A DNA stretch of 64,000 bases from Octopus sinensis (lineage: Eukaryota). Location of the stretch: the NCBI RefSeq assembly GCF_006345805.1, contig NC_043002.1, positions 83,886,001 through 83,950,000 on the forward strand. Reading direction: 5' to 3'. Made by a program: the position numbers and the translations under genes. The notes under the pieces are model-generated. The model saw nothing but the letters and a program-made list of their open reading frames with translations, had not been told where the DNA came from and ran no database searches. Positions 37,321 through 50,799 of this stretch are shown piece by piece (positions within the stretch are counted from its first letter, which is position 1; each line of letters opens with the position of its first letter).

Positions 37321-37434
37321 GCTTGAGAATCCAACTGAAAAGTTTAATGATAGTTGCTTCTGATAGGACCCTATGAAAGAGATTCCTGAGGGCTCTACCC
37401 CCAACTGCCCCCCAAGAAACAATGGACAGAGATG

Positions 37435-37555
37435 AAGGACGGACGGACGAACGGACAGACGGACGGACGGACGGACGGACGACGGACGGACGGACGGACG
37501 GACGGATGGATGGATGAATGGATGGATGGATGGATGGATGGATGGGTGAATGGAT
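37435..37555. repeat. Compound (GACG)n to (GATG)n microsatellite
   Basis: Direct reading. Confidence 0.9.
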
Positions 37556-37760
37556 GGCTAAGTGTGAAATTTGTGTCCAGGGTTTAATACTGAGTGAAAC
37601 ATCGCATAAAGGTTTTTATAATATCATTATTTTCGACTCCTGGTAGACAACCTAGAACACTCGTGTAGTAGAAACAAGTGACATTCCTCTCTACAGCTAG
37701 ATTTTACTGTTTTTGCCTTTTATATTAAACTTGTCTACCTCTTTATAATGGAGTTATTTA

Positions 37761-38020
37761 CCTCTTTATGAGGACCGTGGCCTCTTTATGAGGACCGTGG
37801 CCTCTTTATGAGGACGCGTGGCCTCTTTATGAGGACCGTGGCCTCTTTATGGGGACCGTGGCCTCTTTATGAGGACCGTGGCCTCTTTATGGGGACCGTG
37901 GCCTCTTTATGAGGACGCGTGGCCTCTTTATGAGGACCGTGGCCTCTTTATGGGGACGTGGCCTCTTTATGAGGACCGTGACCTCTTTATGGGGACGTGG
38001 CCTCTTTATGAGGACGCGTG
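37761..38020. repeat. GC-rich minisatellite, 13 units of 19-21 bp (CCTCTTTATG(A/G)GGACCGTGG)
   Basis: Units counted directly; variants GACCG/GACGCG/GACG. Confidence 0.95.
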
Positions 38021-38649
38021 ATTTGGATTTGCGTCGTTTTCTTGAGCAAAAGATCTCATCTCACGTTAATCTGCTTGTGGTACACCGTGAACGTGTACGG
38101 GCAATGTCGATTTGATGAGGGACTAAACCACATTTGATCAGTATAAACAAATCATCTGGACAGTTCACGATATTTACCTCCTTATAATAATGGTTTTGAT
38201 TTAAACACAAGGCCAGCAATTTTGAGTGAAGGTGATTGATTACTCAGTACCATCGGTGCTAGTACTAAAGTGCATGGAGGGCGTGTACTGGCAGAGTGCA
38301 CACAAAAAGGCACCAAATTAATTAAAATCCAACAACACACAAACTCGCAGGTAACATGGAGCTGAATATTTACAGTTTAAAATTACTAGAAGATGGTTAG
38401 AGATAGTTTACATGTTATGTGAGCAGAAATGGCTTTTTAGCCTAGCAAGCGGTTTACAAATTTTTCCACACAGACGACATGAAAATGTTTGTTTTCCCTC
38501 TGAAGACTACTGGAAATCTTTTTATTGTGACAATTCACGTTCCTTGTCAACTCAGATTTACTTCAACAGATCATATTGTAGACAAGGCAAGATAATTCAT
38601 CAGATTGAGACTATAGCAAGTCAGTAGGGGGCCGATATACGTGCTTCCG

Positions 38650-39650
38650 CTTATGACTAACTAATCCCCCCTTGAGAGAGATAAATGCTGTTACAGCCAT
38701 TATAAGTTAAGAGAGAAGAGTCATTGACCACAGACAATTCCTTTCTTGCCTTTCTTTTCAATAGAGCATGCTTCTGCTTATCCTCAAACAAGGCATTTTG
38801 AGTGGGCATTGCATCCATTCTCCCAGTTTGCATGCGTCACTTTGAAATTCTTTAGAGAGCTACTTATTAAGTCTTTGAAACACATTTTTGGTTTACATTG
38901 AGGCCTCTTTACTCCTTTTATCTGACATTATAACATTTGTTTGGGCACGCGTTGATCAGATTCCCTTATCAAAGGCCAGTCCAGCGAAGTCAGTGTCGAT
39001 GAATTTTAATTTCAATTCCACTCACATCAGCACACTCAAGTACTTCAGCATCCGGTACTTTATGCACCCATTTGACCTTCAGTATAGCGCGCAAACATCG
39101 TTAATGAAATCGTTCCAGTAATCTGAGGTGCTTCCTATTTACTGCCCATGTCTAACACGAGAAAGAAAATGGATGAAAGTACATAAACCTTGTACATTGC
39201 ATCTTTTATGCGTTTGATAGCATCTCTGTTTGACCAAATTTGGCCTTCAAGATTCTTAGAAGCCTGAGATGCGTTTTGAAGGCGATTCGCTAGTTCATCA
39301 CCTAAAGAACAAACACGGTTCAGCACACTCCCAAGATATGTAAATTTATCTACAACATTCAATTTTGTACTTTGAAAAAAAATTCAGAGTCATAATATGA
39401 GATGGAAGCTGGTTGAAACGTAACAGCTGTATCTAAACTTTTTGTTAGCCCAAAGGCCATACAGAATTCATCAAGTTTAAGCATTAGGTGCTGCGTGTCA
39501 TTGCTTGAATGGGTTACCAAGTCACAGTTATCTACATACAATAACTCTCTTATTAGAAAGACAAGCGTTCTTGTTTTTGTTGACAACCTTCCCAAATTTA
39601 AAAATTTAACAGTATTTCTATAATATATACACCTTTTCAGCATTTGCAAG
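38650..39650 (-). mobile_element. RTE LINE RT remnant
   Basis: LIRELLYVDNCDLVTHS (cf. LYADD), NVVDKFTYLGSVL, ELANRLQNASQA. Confidence 0.8.
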
Positions 39651-40364
39651 CACAGCCGAAAAGTATAGAGAAAATAACGTTAATCCGAAAATATCTCCCT
39701 GCCTCTATCTTCCATTTTAAAAGCTTCTGAAAGAATTCCAGCATAAAATAATTTGTAATGTATGGAAGACAGGAACAATGCCAAAGCTAGGCGTGATGGT
39801 GTTATAATCCCCATTTATAAGAGAAAAGGAACACGAAATAAATGTGGACATTCAAGATGAATCACACTCTTTTCCTTAGACAGCAAAGTATTTGCTGGGG
39901 GGTTCTCCTTGTGCGATTAAACGATAAGATTTCACCGAAAGTTCTCCTAGAATCTTAAAGACCAAAATAGGGGCCCTTGAAAATGATCTTTTCTGCACGT
40001 CAGATATAAGAAAAATATCGAGAACAAAATCAAGATTTAGTGTAGGTTTTATTGATTTAACGAAGGTCATTGATATAGTGAACAGGCATGCGAAAAGGCG
40101 GCGAGCTGGCGGAAACGTTAGCACGCCGGGCGAAATGCTTAGTAGCTCCACCCGGAGCTATAGTTGAAGACACTTGCCCAAAATTCCACGGAATGGAACT
40201 GAACCCGGGATGATGTAGTTGAGAAGCAACCTTCTTGGCACAAAGTCACGCCTGGTCGCAATATACCCTCGATAAAGCTGTCGACAATCAGATCTACATA
40301 TGCTAAATAATTCTTCGAAATCTATCGTTTTTTAGAACCGCCTGGCGTTCTAACGTTTCTTATT

Positions 40365-40545
40365 TCTTTATTGCCCACAAGGGGCTAAACATAGAGGAGA
40401 CAAACAAGGACAGACAAACGGATTAAGTCGATTATATCGACGCCAGTACGTAACTGGTACTTAATTTATCGACCCCGAAAGGATGAATGGCAAAGTCGAC
40501 CTCGGCGGATTTTGAACTCAGAACGTAATGGCAGATGAAATAACT
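40365..40545 (-). mobile_element. SINE S1 partial
   Basis: Reverse complement of the S1 core. Confidence 0.75.
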
Positions 40546-41179
40546 GTAGAAATGAGTATTAATTGCATTAATTGCCTCTGGACAAATCAGTGCATTTGGG
40601 CCTGTAGTGTTTATATACTGGTTTTACATTTTGGCACAAGGCCAGCAATTTCGGCGGAGGGCTAAGTGTTTAGTTACGTGGAAACTATTTTTAAAAACTG
40701 CCGGTCAAACCGAAAAGATCCTAATATTGTTTTTAAAATCTTTGTTGAGATTTGAATTTGAGAACATTTTGTAATCATTGGGCAGAAACACAACACGGCT
40801 AAGGTACGTAAGCTCCAATATAAATTCGTTGTATAAGCTTCGCTTTGTTAAGTAATTTCCATAAAAATTTAGCATAATCGGGAGTATTAGTCCACGCAAA
40901 CATCCAAGAAAGGTACATGCTAGTTGTGAAAGGGTAGGAAAATGTGGAAAATAAAACTGCATAAAACTAGCTTCTCTTTTATTGTTGCAATTGCTGAGAT
41001 GTTTCATGTTTTTCTTTTTTACTATTTATTTTTATTTTTGCCCAAAAACATGCGAAGAGGCATTTGTAAAATGCCATGCCATGAAAGTTGCGTAAGCTGA
41101 GCTAAAAAAGGTTGAGAACATCTGTTTTTACATATGTTAAGTGATAAGTGTCCTTTTGCTTCTTAGGTGCGGTTTTGGA

Positions 41180-41720
41180 TATGTTCAGTGTATGTTAGAG
41201 AAGTTTCTGTTGTCTGTGTTGGATTTGAGAAAATCTTGTGGAGTCTAATTGAATAAAAGGCATAACACAACTGAACCGTTTGTACTGTACGGGAATTCGT
41301 GTGAGAGATAGTGATGTTGTGTTTAGTCGTATTGTAGACATGCCAGTGTATTTCGGAGCTAACTTTTTATTTGTAGTGGCTATGACAAATTTGCAACAAG
41401 CTGTACCCATCGCACATCCCTGTATTCTTTAATTTTTAATATTTTTGTTTTATTGTGTGTATAGATCTAAACGGAGTGAAACCTATGATGATGCGAAGTG
41501 TTCTTGCGATTAGTTGCAAGATGAATAGGGGCCCAAGGATGGCTGGAGTAATCTTTGTTAGTTCTAATGTATCGCCTGTATACCACTGTAGTTATTTCTT
41601 TTTGTTGTGAACAAATGTGCTGTGAGAGTTATAATACCTACTATTCCTTTAAATATTGCATTTGTTTTCTTTGGCGGTATAATGTTTGGTGTTTTTGAAG
41701 GTTGTATAGAAAAGAAAAGG
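41180..41720 (-). mobile_element. Penelope-like RT remnant
   Basis: IQGCAMGTACCKF resembles the PLE RT motif QxxGxAMGTxxAP; degraded. Confidence 0.45.
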
Positions 41721-43009
41721 AAAAGGTTGCAGCGAAATTCATAGTTAATAGTTTATCCGATACTCTTTGAAAAATAATGAACATTGGAAGTGCAGAAAAA
41801 AATAACATTAATAAATAAATGGATTCAAGTTGTTATTTTATATATTCTCGGTGGAAGAATTAATAAACGAAATAAAGCGTAGAACGGTAACGTAATGGAA
41901 AATGTATTACAGGTAACTACATTCGTATGACACCGATTCCTGATCTATTTCGTATCAGCTGTCGGTAATGTGAGCTAGCTATGCATTTACAAAATTTACA
42001 TTTGTGCACTTTTGTAGAAAGAAGAAAATACTCGAGAAACCCCATAGTACTAGCCTATAAAAGGACTCATGCGAAGGATATGAATATTTAATATAACTTA
42101 TTTTATTGTCGGGGGAATTTTTTTTTTTTAGATTTTTCAATTGGAAACTATTATATATTGTTCACAGTTCGTTGTTTATGAAAATGAAAATGCAAATAAG
42201 AATGACACTGAGGATGAACATTATTAAACGATTAAAAAACGAAAGCGCGTGAAATGGGGACAGACAGATAGAAAGTGTGGAGGTTATTTTTATTTTGAGG
42301 GTTGAATACTGTGTAAGTTATCTGCCCGTCTAGTAGTTTGAAATGATTGAATAACCTCCTTGACATTCGAAGATGGCAGCAACCACAACAACAGCTGTGA
42401 TAGGACAGCATTTAAGCACGAGACGAGGCACCAGTATAAAAAGCAAAATACACAACAATAACAACCAGTAGAGTGAAACTACAAGTGAACTAAGGCGATA
42501 TCCTTTAAGTAAACAGAGAAACAGGATCAGTTATAGAGAAATATCATCTGGAAGTTTTCACTATAAGAAAACATTCCTATATATTTTTTTAATTTGGAAC
42601 CGCTTGGATTGCTTTGCTATTTACTATTCCACTTCAATATTTAACGAAGTATTCCTATGAATTTATTTGTGAAATATTTTGGCTGGGTATAATCAACGAT
42701 TTCTGTTATTATTATCACATGATATTAACATAAACAAGTTCTCGGGTACATCCTATTGCGGTCTGTAAGGAGTAAATAGTCGCTAACTAATTACAAGTAA
42801 AATGAATATCAATTTCAAAAATATATATAAATATATTTAAGAATTATGTAAAATACTTATGATAAATTATCCAATAATTGTCGTGTAAAAAAAAACGATT
42901 CAGTTGTTGATTAAAGAACGTCGTTCCAGACAACGCTGTTTAAAGTGATTTTCTTGTTGGCTCTCATAACTGTAAGCAACAGTTTATTGGTAATAATACA
43001 GTTGTCAAT

Positions 43010-43371
43010 ATGAAACCCTTTAAACTCGTCCAACCCACTCTACGGAAACTACGTTACGCTTGTTTAAAAAGGAAAACATGTTACTCCTCATTGATTTTCA
43101 CCGGCAATATTACTGGAGCTCAGAGCAGACGCTGTGTTCATGGACTCACTCGATGTTTTTCGTCTTCATCCTTGTTATTTCCATCATCGTCATCGTCATT
43201 ATCCCCATCATCAGCACAGTCATCAACATCAACGGCGTCCAGTTCATCTACAGTACAGGTTCCCGATCAAGCCAGGGTGGTCATCTGCGGCGGCGGTGTT
43301 GTCGGCTTGTCTGTTGCCTACCATCTCAGTCAACGAGGATGGAGTGATGTGGTTGTACTCGAGCAAGGAAG
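43010..43371 (+). CDS. PDPR: PDPR-like mitochondrial flavoprotein (PDPR/SARDH/DMGDH family), first coding exon
   Basis: Basic, acid-free N-terminus like a transit peptide, then [37 protein letters not shown] (GxGxxG FAD motif; VVICGGG and LEQG are PDPR-like). Donor AG|GTATTT, phase 2. Confidence 0.8.
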
Positions 43372-43403
43372 GTATTTTAAGAATATTTATTCTCTCTCTC
43401 TCT

Positions 43404-43435
<32 letters not shown>

Positions 43436-44971
43436 CACACACTAACACGCGGAGCTGTTTGTGCAACACGAGGAATCCAATATTTTTTCTATCATTACGA
43501 CCCCCTTCAACATCAGTTTTTCACCTTTATTTCACCTCTAATTACATCTTTGAATGTGTACGTGTAATTTTATAATATATTAGCTAAAGACAGTTACAAG
43601 AGTAGGGGTCCTAGACTACATGGCAAAAGCACATATCAAATAATTTGGAACGAAACTGTCAGCCCTTGAGGAACTCCTATGGATTTCCTCAGCTAATAAA
43701 ACAAAATACTATCGATTTTACATTTTCTTTTCTCTTTCTTCTGATTTTATGTTTGTAAATATATGAAATAATTCTTGGAAGTAAACTTTAGATTTACTAA
43801 TTGAACAAGAATACAACTGTAACTGTATGCACTGTAAGGTTCCCTGTGTTTTTCTACTGATCAATATAATTAGCTAAGTTTGGATTACAACAGAGTGCCT
43901 ATAAAGTATCTGTCTGGATTTTAAACCCCCTGTTTATTGCTGTATATGTGTACATATGTATGTATTTACCATCATCATCATATTTGCCTGTTTTTTTATG
44001 TTGACTTAAATAGGGTGAATTGCCACAGTCCAAGTTCTTATTTGGAATTACTACCCTCATAGACAAGTTGGGGGACAACATATCACTTGTACATTCCATT
44101 TTAAACAGGATTCCTATGGCCAGATGCCCTTCTTAATGTCAACCATTTTACAAAATATACTGAGGGTATTTTCTTGTGGCACCAGCACTTGAGAGGTTGC
44201 CATGTCCTTGACACAACTAAAGAATACTCATTTTCCTACATAATCTCAGGTCAAATGCCAACTGCCATTTTACAGAGTGTACTGGGTACATTCTATCATG
44301 AGACCTACATAAGGGAGGTTGTTTTGTTCCTTGTGAAACTTAGGAGTCCTTCCTATTATACATTGTCTCAGTTCTTTTAAAACCTGAGAAAGAAAGTGAT
44401 GACCAACACAGTGATAGAGGAGAGAGTAAGCATGCAATGAGATGGTCAGAGATGGGGTAATGGAAGAGACACAGGGATAACTATATATTGGTTGTTGGTA
44501 GTTGATAAAAGATTGAATAGAAAAACAGGATAAGCAGTTGAAAATAGCATAGTAAATATAAAAAACAACTTTCAGGGACAATAGTGGTTTACTGAGCCGG
44601 AAGGTTGTGGATTTTTTATGTATTGAAGTATGATAAACTGAAAGAAGTACTTTTTATATTTCACAGTAGGCGACCAGGGTTGCTGGGTATGCAAGTAAGA
44701 ATACAAGAGTTAAGGAATGGAGTAGATAAGATCCGGACTACATATGTTTCATAGCAAGTGGAACCTCAGAAGTGGTATCCAAGGATATCTTGATTAAATG
44801 AAAGTTTACATTGTCACAAGGAGGTACATATTAACACGCGGAAGATTCAATCAGAGCACTGTCGGAGAGGAGAAAATAAATGTAGAGAGAGATAAGGATT
44901 AAAAGGAAAAAATATAAGGGAGTTGGGGGAGGGAATTTAGGGAATATAAGGTAATGAGGAATTTAACAAAT

Positions 44972-45280
44972 TCATTTGACCAGTAGTATTCAATGGGGCT
45001 GTTTTGGCCACATTACAGAAATTAGCAAGGGGAGTGGTATTTGAGAAAAAGATGGTGTGGAGGGAAGAAGGTGGGGAAATATTTTTGATCAAGGTGGAGA
45101 TAAAAAGTGTGCAGGAAGAAAGCAAGAGAGAATGAGAAATTTGAGCATGATCATTTGACCACTAGTATTCAATAGGGCTGTTTTGGCCACATTACAGAAA
45201 TTAGCAAGGGGAGTGGTTGTAGAAAAATAAAATAATGTGGAGGGAAGAGGATGGAGAGATGTTTTTGGTCAAGGGGGAGA
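44972..45280. repeat. Local ~130-bp direct duplication (44972-45100 and 45151-45280)
   Basis: TCATTTGACCA.TAGTATTCAAT.GGGCTGTTTTGGCCACATTACAGAAATTAGCAAGGGGAGTGG occurs twice. Confidence 0.85.
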
Positions 45281-45874
45281 ATGGGGAAGAATTGTGGTTT
45301 TCGATTGAGGAGTGTATATGTGTGCAGTAAGCATGCTTACGGTATGAAATAGTAGTATGTTGGCATATGTACTTGTAAGTTTATGAAGGGAGGGGGATAG
45401 GAAAGGGGAGGTAGGTGAAATAAAAGAAAAAAAATTTTTAAATGGTAAGAAAAAATACAGAGGGAGGTATGTAAATGACAATAAGGAATTGAAGGGAAAA
45501 TATATTGTTGGTTTAATACAGTGCTTTTCAAACTTTTTGCTGGAGCGGAACCCCAAGGAAACATTCCACTGGCTCAAGGAACCCCTGTGCAATAATTTAA
45601 TAGTCTTATGCACACATATCTGGACAGGAGAATTAAAAATTACTGCCGATTTTAGCAGTTTTGTAACTTCTTGCAGAACCCCTGGACTGTACTGGCGGAA
45701 CCCTGGTTTAATACATAGTGGTAGTGAGGGTAAATAAGAGGGAAAATTTATGAAGGTTGGGGAAAAGGCAGGGTGGAGTTGTTATTTGTATTTTGAGAAT
45801 AGATTTAGTGACTGACTAGCAGAGGTGCCCACTGTTGCTCGGGATTACAATGGCATAGTTTCTTCTTCTTTTAC

Positions 45875-46160
45875 TTTTTTCAGTCATGCGACTGCAGCCA
45901 TGCTGGAGCACTGCCTTTAGTCAAACAAATCAATCCCAGGACTTATTCTTTGTAAGCCTAGTACTTATTCTATTGGTGGCTTTTGCCAAACTGCTTGGTT
46001 ACAGGGACGTAAACACAGCAACATCGGTTGTCAAGTGATGGTTGGGGTACAAACACAGACACACACACGCACACAAATATACACATATATATGACAGACT
46101 TCTTTCAGTTTCCATGTATGAAATCCACTCACAAGGCTTTGGTTGGCCTGACATAAAAGT
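45875..46160 (-). mobile_element. SINE S2 (diverged)
   Basis: Reverse complement of S2. Confidence 0.75.
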
Positions 46161-46279
46161 ATATACATATACATATATATATACACACACATATACAAAC
46201 ACACACACACACATATGTACATATATATCAATATATACATATATGGACATATATATATGCACATATATAGACATATATA

Positions 46280-46321
<42 letters not shown>

Positions 46322-46329
46322 TATGTACA

Positions 46330-47424
46330 AATATATCATCATCATCATCATCGTTTAATGTCCGTTTTCCATGCTAGCATGGGTTGGATGGTTCGACCGG
46401 GATCAAGGAAGCCAGGAGGCTGTACCAGGCTCCAGTCTGATCTGGCAGTGTTTCTACAGCTAGATGCCCTTCCTAGCGCCAACCACTCTGTGAGTGTAGT
46501 GGGTGCTTTTTATGTGCCACCGGCACAGGTGCCAACGGAGGCTGGCAACAGCCATGATCGATTGGTGCTTTTTACGTGCCACCAGCATGGAAGCCAGTCA
46601 AGGCGGTACTGGCATCGGCCAGGTACGGGTAGTGCTTTTTATGTGCCACCAGCACAGGTATCACAACTACAATTTCCATTTGATCTTTTGATGTTGATGT
46701 ACTTGACTCAGTAGGTCTCCTCAAGCACAGCAGGTCATCCTATGATCCAAGGTAAGCACAGCAGGCCATCCTGCGATCCAAGGCATTTTGGATGGGCTGG
46801 GGCTTCTATGTGAAGCTGGTGCAGGAAACAGCCATGAACTCATGTTATTTGTTGGGTCTTCGCAGTCACAGCATATCTCCAGAGGTTTTGGTCTTTCATC
46901 ATTGCTTCTGTGAGACCCAACATTCGAAGGTCATGCTTGACCACCTCATCTCATGTCTTCCTGGGTCTACCTCTACCCCGGATTCCTTCAACTGTTTGGG
47001 AGTGGCATTTCTTCACACATCTCTCCTCATCTATCCGTAGTACATGACCATACCAGAGCAGACGTCTCTCTTGCATGCCACATCCAATGCTTCTTATGTC
47101 CAGCATTTCTCTCAGGGCACTTACACTCTGTCGTGTATGCACACTGACATTACACATCCAGCGGATCATGCTAGCTTCATTTCTTTCAAGCCTACGCAAG
47201 TCCTCTGCAGTCACAGCCCATGTTTCACTGCCGTGAAGTAAGGCAGTTTGCACACATGCGTCGTACAATCCACCTTTCACTCTGAGCAAGAGACTCTTTG
47301 TCACCAGTAGGGGTAGGAGCTTTCTAAATTTTGCCCAGGCCATTCTTATTCTAGTGGTAGCACTCTCTGAGCATCCACCCCCACTACTAACTTGGTCACC
47401 TAGGTAGCGGAAAGAAACAGACAT
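46330..47424 (-). mobile_element. RTE LINE 3' portion (ORF end + 3' UTR + (GAT)n tail)
   Basis: FRYLGDQVSSGGGCSES..AWAKFRKLLPLL..LLHGSETWA..LWYGHVLR..GRGRPRKT, followed by the family S5 3' sequence ending in GATGATGAT. Confidence 0.85.
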
Positions 47425-48084
47425 TCACAGACCACATACATATATGTACATACATATAGATATAAGACAAGCTTCTTTCAGTTTCCATCTATTTAGTTCA
47501 AAAGCCAACTTCTTACCACGCTACCATACCTGCACCTGATATAAACAATCTAATTTTGGTGGTTGGATATGATACAACTGACCTTCATAAAATGACTTAC
47601 AGGGCAATATTTGTTTAATTTATAGACACAAATCATTTATTTTTCGTTGAGCTGTCATTCAAGTCGAAAATTTTCAGACTACTGCCACCCTGACATAATG
47701 TGGTCACAGAGAAGTCATGCCTTCAAAATTGCTTATCATTTACAAGCAATAACATATGATCAACATTGAAGTGAAAGTTTCAATTTCTGAATGTGTAAAC
47801 AGTGAGACACTGGCAGGGAGAGGGATGATTTCTAGAAATAAAAAGGTCGGAATGAAAGCTTTTAAAATATTTATCTTTCAAACTTTTCAGAATCAGGATC
47901 CAGTCAGTTATTCTCATGATTCAGACTTATTTGACTATTTACTTTTGTTTATTCCAATTCATGTGCTTCGTGTAATAAGAGCAGAGAGACATCACACAGC
48001 AAAATATAAACAAAAGAAAAAGAGAGCAAACTGCTTGAAAATAGGACAGTTTTCTCATAAATATAATTATGAAGTTATCTACTT

Positions 48085-48390
48085 AGGCACAGGAGTGGCT
48101 ATGTGGTAAGTAGCTTGCTTACCAACCACATAGTTGGGCAAGTGTCTTCTACTATAGCCTCGGGCCAACCAAAGCCTTGTGAGTGGATTTGGTAGATGGA
48201 AACTGAAAGAAGCCCGTCGTATATATATATATATGTATATATGCATGTGTGTGTGTTGACAACCGATGCTGGTGTGTTTACATCCCCGTAACTTAGCAGT
48301 TTGGCAAAAGAGACCGATAGAATAAGTACTAGGCTTACAAAGAATAGGTCCTGGGGTCGATTTGCTCGACTAAAGGCAGTGCTCCAGCAT
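48085..48390 (+). mobile_element. SINE S2 with internal deletions
   Basis: Same family as 4805. Confidence 0.8.
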
Positions 48391-49223
48391 GAAGTAAAAA
48401 CGTACTATAATATATTATAACCTATATTGGCTAATAATTCATTTAGTACACTAGTATTTAAACAAAATATAAATAACTTATGTAAAAAAAAAAAAAAAGG
48501 CATAGTTGTGTGGTTTAGATGCTTGCTTTGCAATCATGTGGCTCTTTGTAATTTATAAGAGTTTTGGCTCTGACAGTGATATATTGTTATTGTTGTTGAT
48601 CAATCAGACTAATTAGATCATTCAAGCCAGTGCTATCATATTGCTAGAGTTAAATAGGATTACATTATCAAACAGAATCTAACCATAGTTAAGATGGTTG
48701 TGTGTGATTGAAGGAGTAATTGATTACTTGTTCTAACATCCTACCACACACAGACGTCCTTATTAACTCATTACAATGTTATTTAAAGAGTACAGGTGTT
48801 GTGATAGCAACTATATTTTTTTTACAAAGTAATAAAATAATTCAAAGAAGAAAGGGAAGAAAAACACCTAATCTCTTCAATACATTGTTTAAATATGAAC
48901 ATTGATATGTTTTTACTTTTACTGCGCATACACACTTTGTATCGTCTTATTAGTATCAGCTTTACCACAACTTTATATAAATAAACAAAACAGTGTACAC
49001 ATAGAGTTCAAAATATTAGTGCTACATAAAAGTTTAAATGTTTAAAGTTCAAAATCTCATTTCAGTTTCTTAATAGTAACTTTCCTTTGGTTGAGACTTC
49101 TCTACAAGCTTTTGTCAAATTTACAGTGGTATGTGAAGTATTCTGAATGAAGCTTTGTTGTTATTGGAGTATCTCTAGACTTTTTTTGATTTTCCTGTCT
49201 TTCAGTGATGCAGGCTTTATATA

Positions 49224-49256
<33 letters not shown>

Positions 49257-49261
49257 GTATG

Positions 49262-49527
49262 TATGACTGGCTCCTGTGCAGATGTCACATAAAACGCACC
49301 ATTTGAGCATGGCTATTGCCAGTACCACCTGACTCGCCATCGTGCCGGTGGCACGTAAAAGCACCCACTACACTCTCAGAATGGTTGACATTAGGAAGAG
49401 CATCCAGCTGTAGAAACTCTGCCAGATCAGACTGGAGCCTGGTGCAACCATCTGGTTCGCCAGACCTCAGTCAAGTCGTCCAACCTATGCTAGCATGGAA
49501 AGCAGATGTTAAACGATGATGATGATG
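49262..49527 (+). mobile_element. RTE-3'UTR-derived short repeat (family S5)
   Basis: ...GCATCCAGCTGTAGAAAC...GCATGGAAAGCAGATGTTAAACGATGATGATG; also at 56270, 58010, 63105. Confidence 0.8.
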
Positions 49528-49556
49528 TATGTGTGTGTGTGTGTATATATATATAT

Positions 49557-50121
49557 ACTAGCAGTATCGCCCGGCGTTGCTCGGGTTTGTAAGGGAAATA
49601 ACTATATAAGCATTTTTAGAGAGTTATAGCCAAAAAATAGCAAAAAAAATTCATTAAAAATGGAAAAAAAATTATGGTAAATTTTTTTTTAAATCGTTGA
49701 CTCATCGTAGACATTTTCTGTTTTGGTGTCTTCAAGCCATGAAGTCGTTGTTCTAAAAGAACGCTGGTCTCCTTGACAACGCTTTACGACGTTGATTTCC
49801 TTACACTCCCTTCCCCACAGCTTCACGAGTGAGGGAAGAAGGGGGAGAAGCAACACAGGTGCAGGCGTGAGCGTGGACGCCAACTCCGCCGCCATCGACA
49901 CACGAAAAAATATGCATTAAAATGGAATAAAAAATTATGCTAAATTATTTTTAAAATCGTAGACTCATCGTAGACGCGCGCTAATACCCAGACGGGCTCG
50001 ATATGAATCACAACTATAAGATACCCGGTTTTGGTTAAACTGCACCGCAAAATGTGGGAGTAGTTAGGAATCTAAATCGAAGGGGACAGACACTCACACA
50101 ACTACAGTTTTATATATAGAT
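49557..50121 (+). mobile_element. Helentron-associated (HINE/DINE-1-like) element
   Basis: Starts ACTAGCAGTATCGCCCGGCGTTGCTCGGG and ends GACAGACACTCACACAACTACAGTTTTATATATAGAT, the architecture recalled for DINE-1/HINEs. Confidence 0.55.
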
Positions 50122-50153
50122 ATATATAGATATATATATATATAGATATATAT

Positions 50154-50209
<56 letters not shown>

Positions 50210-50551
50210 TATAAATTAATAAATAAATAAAACATATGCATATATACATACATATATGTACGTACCTACCTGTACATGTATATATACATGCATATATGGG
50301 TACAGGACACCAAAAAAACGGTGAACACAATGAGAAACGAAAACATAAACACAAAACCAAGGAAATGGACATTTTTTTAAAACAACGAAAAAATAGAGTA
50401 CAGGACATACAAAACAAGGAAAATTCCCCTTCTTCAGTCGCCTTAATTTCATCTACTCCACGTTATGTATATATATATGTATATGTATGTATGTATATAT
50501 ATATACATACATACATATATGTATATGTATATATATACATATATATATACA

Positions 50552-50790
50552 CGAGGGGAAGTCAAAATTATCTGCACTTTTGTCATAACATATCTTTGTT
50601 ATTGTCACACTGCCTTCTGCACATGCGTGCTTATAGTTGGTATTATTGTGGTCACGTGATCGAAGTTTGAGCCTGATCAGGACATTTTTCTTTCTGGCTG
50701 TACAGTGTAAGCATGGCAGTTCCACTAGCAATGTGTACCAAAGAAGAACTAAGAGCAGTAATCTGATTTCTCTGGTCAGAAGGCGTCAAG
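50552..50790 (+). mobile_element. Mariner-like 5' end
   Basis: CGAGGGGAAGTCAAAATTATC TIR-like start; ELRAVIxFLWSEGVK. Confidence 0.55.
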
Positions 50791-50799
50791 TTCTGGAAT

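Noticed and set aside
37761-38020. Palindromic repeat array as a CRISPR array
   Set aside because: The units are contiguous with no unique spacers, there are no cas genes, and the context is eukaryotic.
43134-43445. His-rich alternative-frame ORF overlapping the PDPR-like exon
   Set aside because: It is a by-product of the TCA/TCG repeats encoding the poly-Ser tract and has no independent coding signal.
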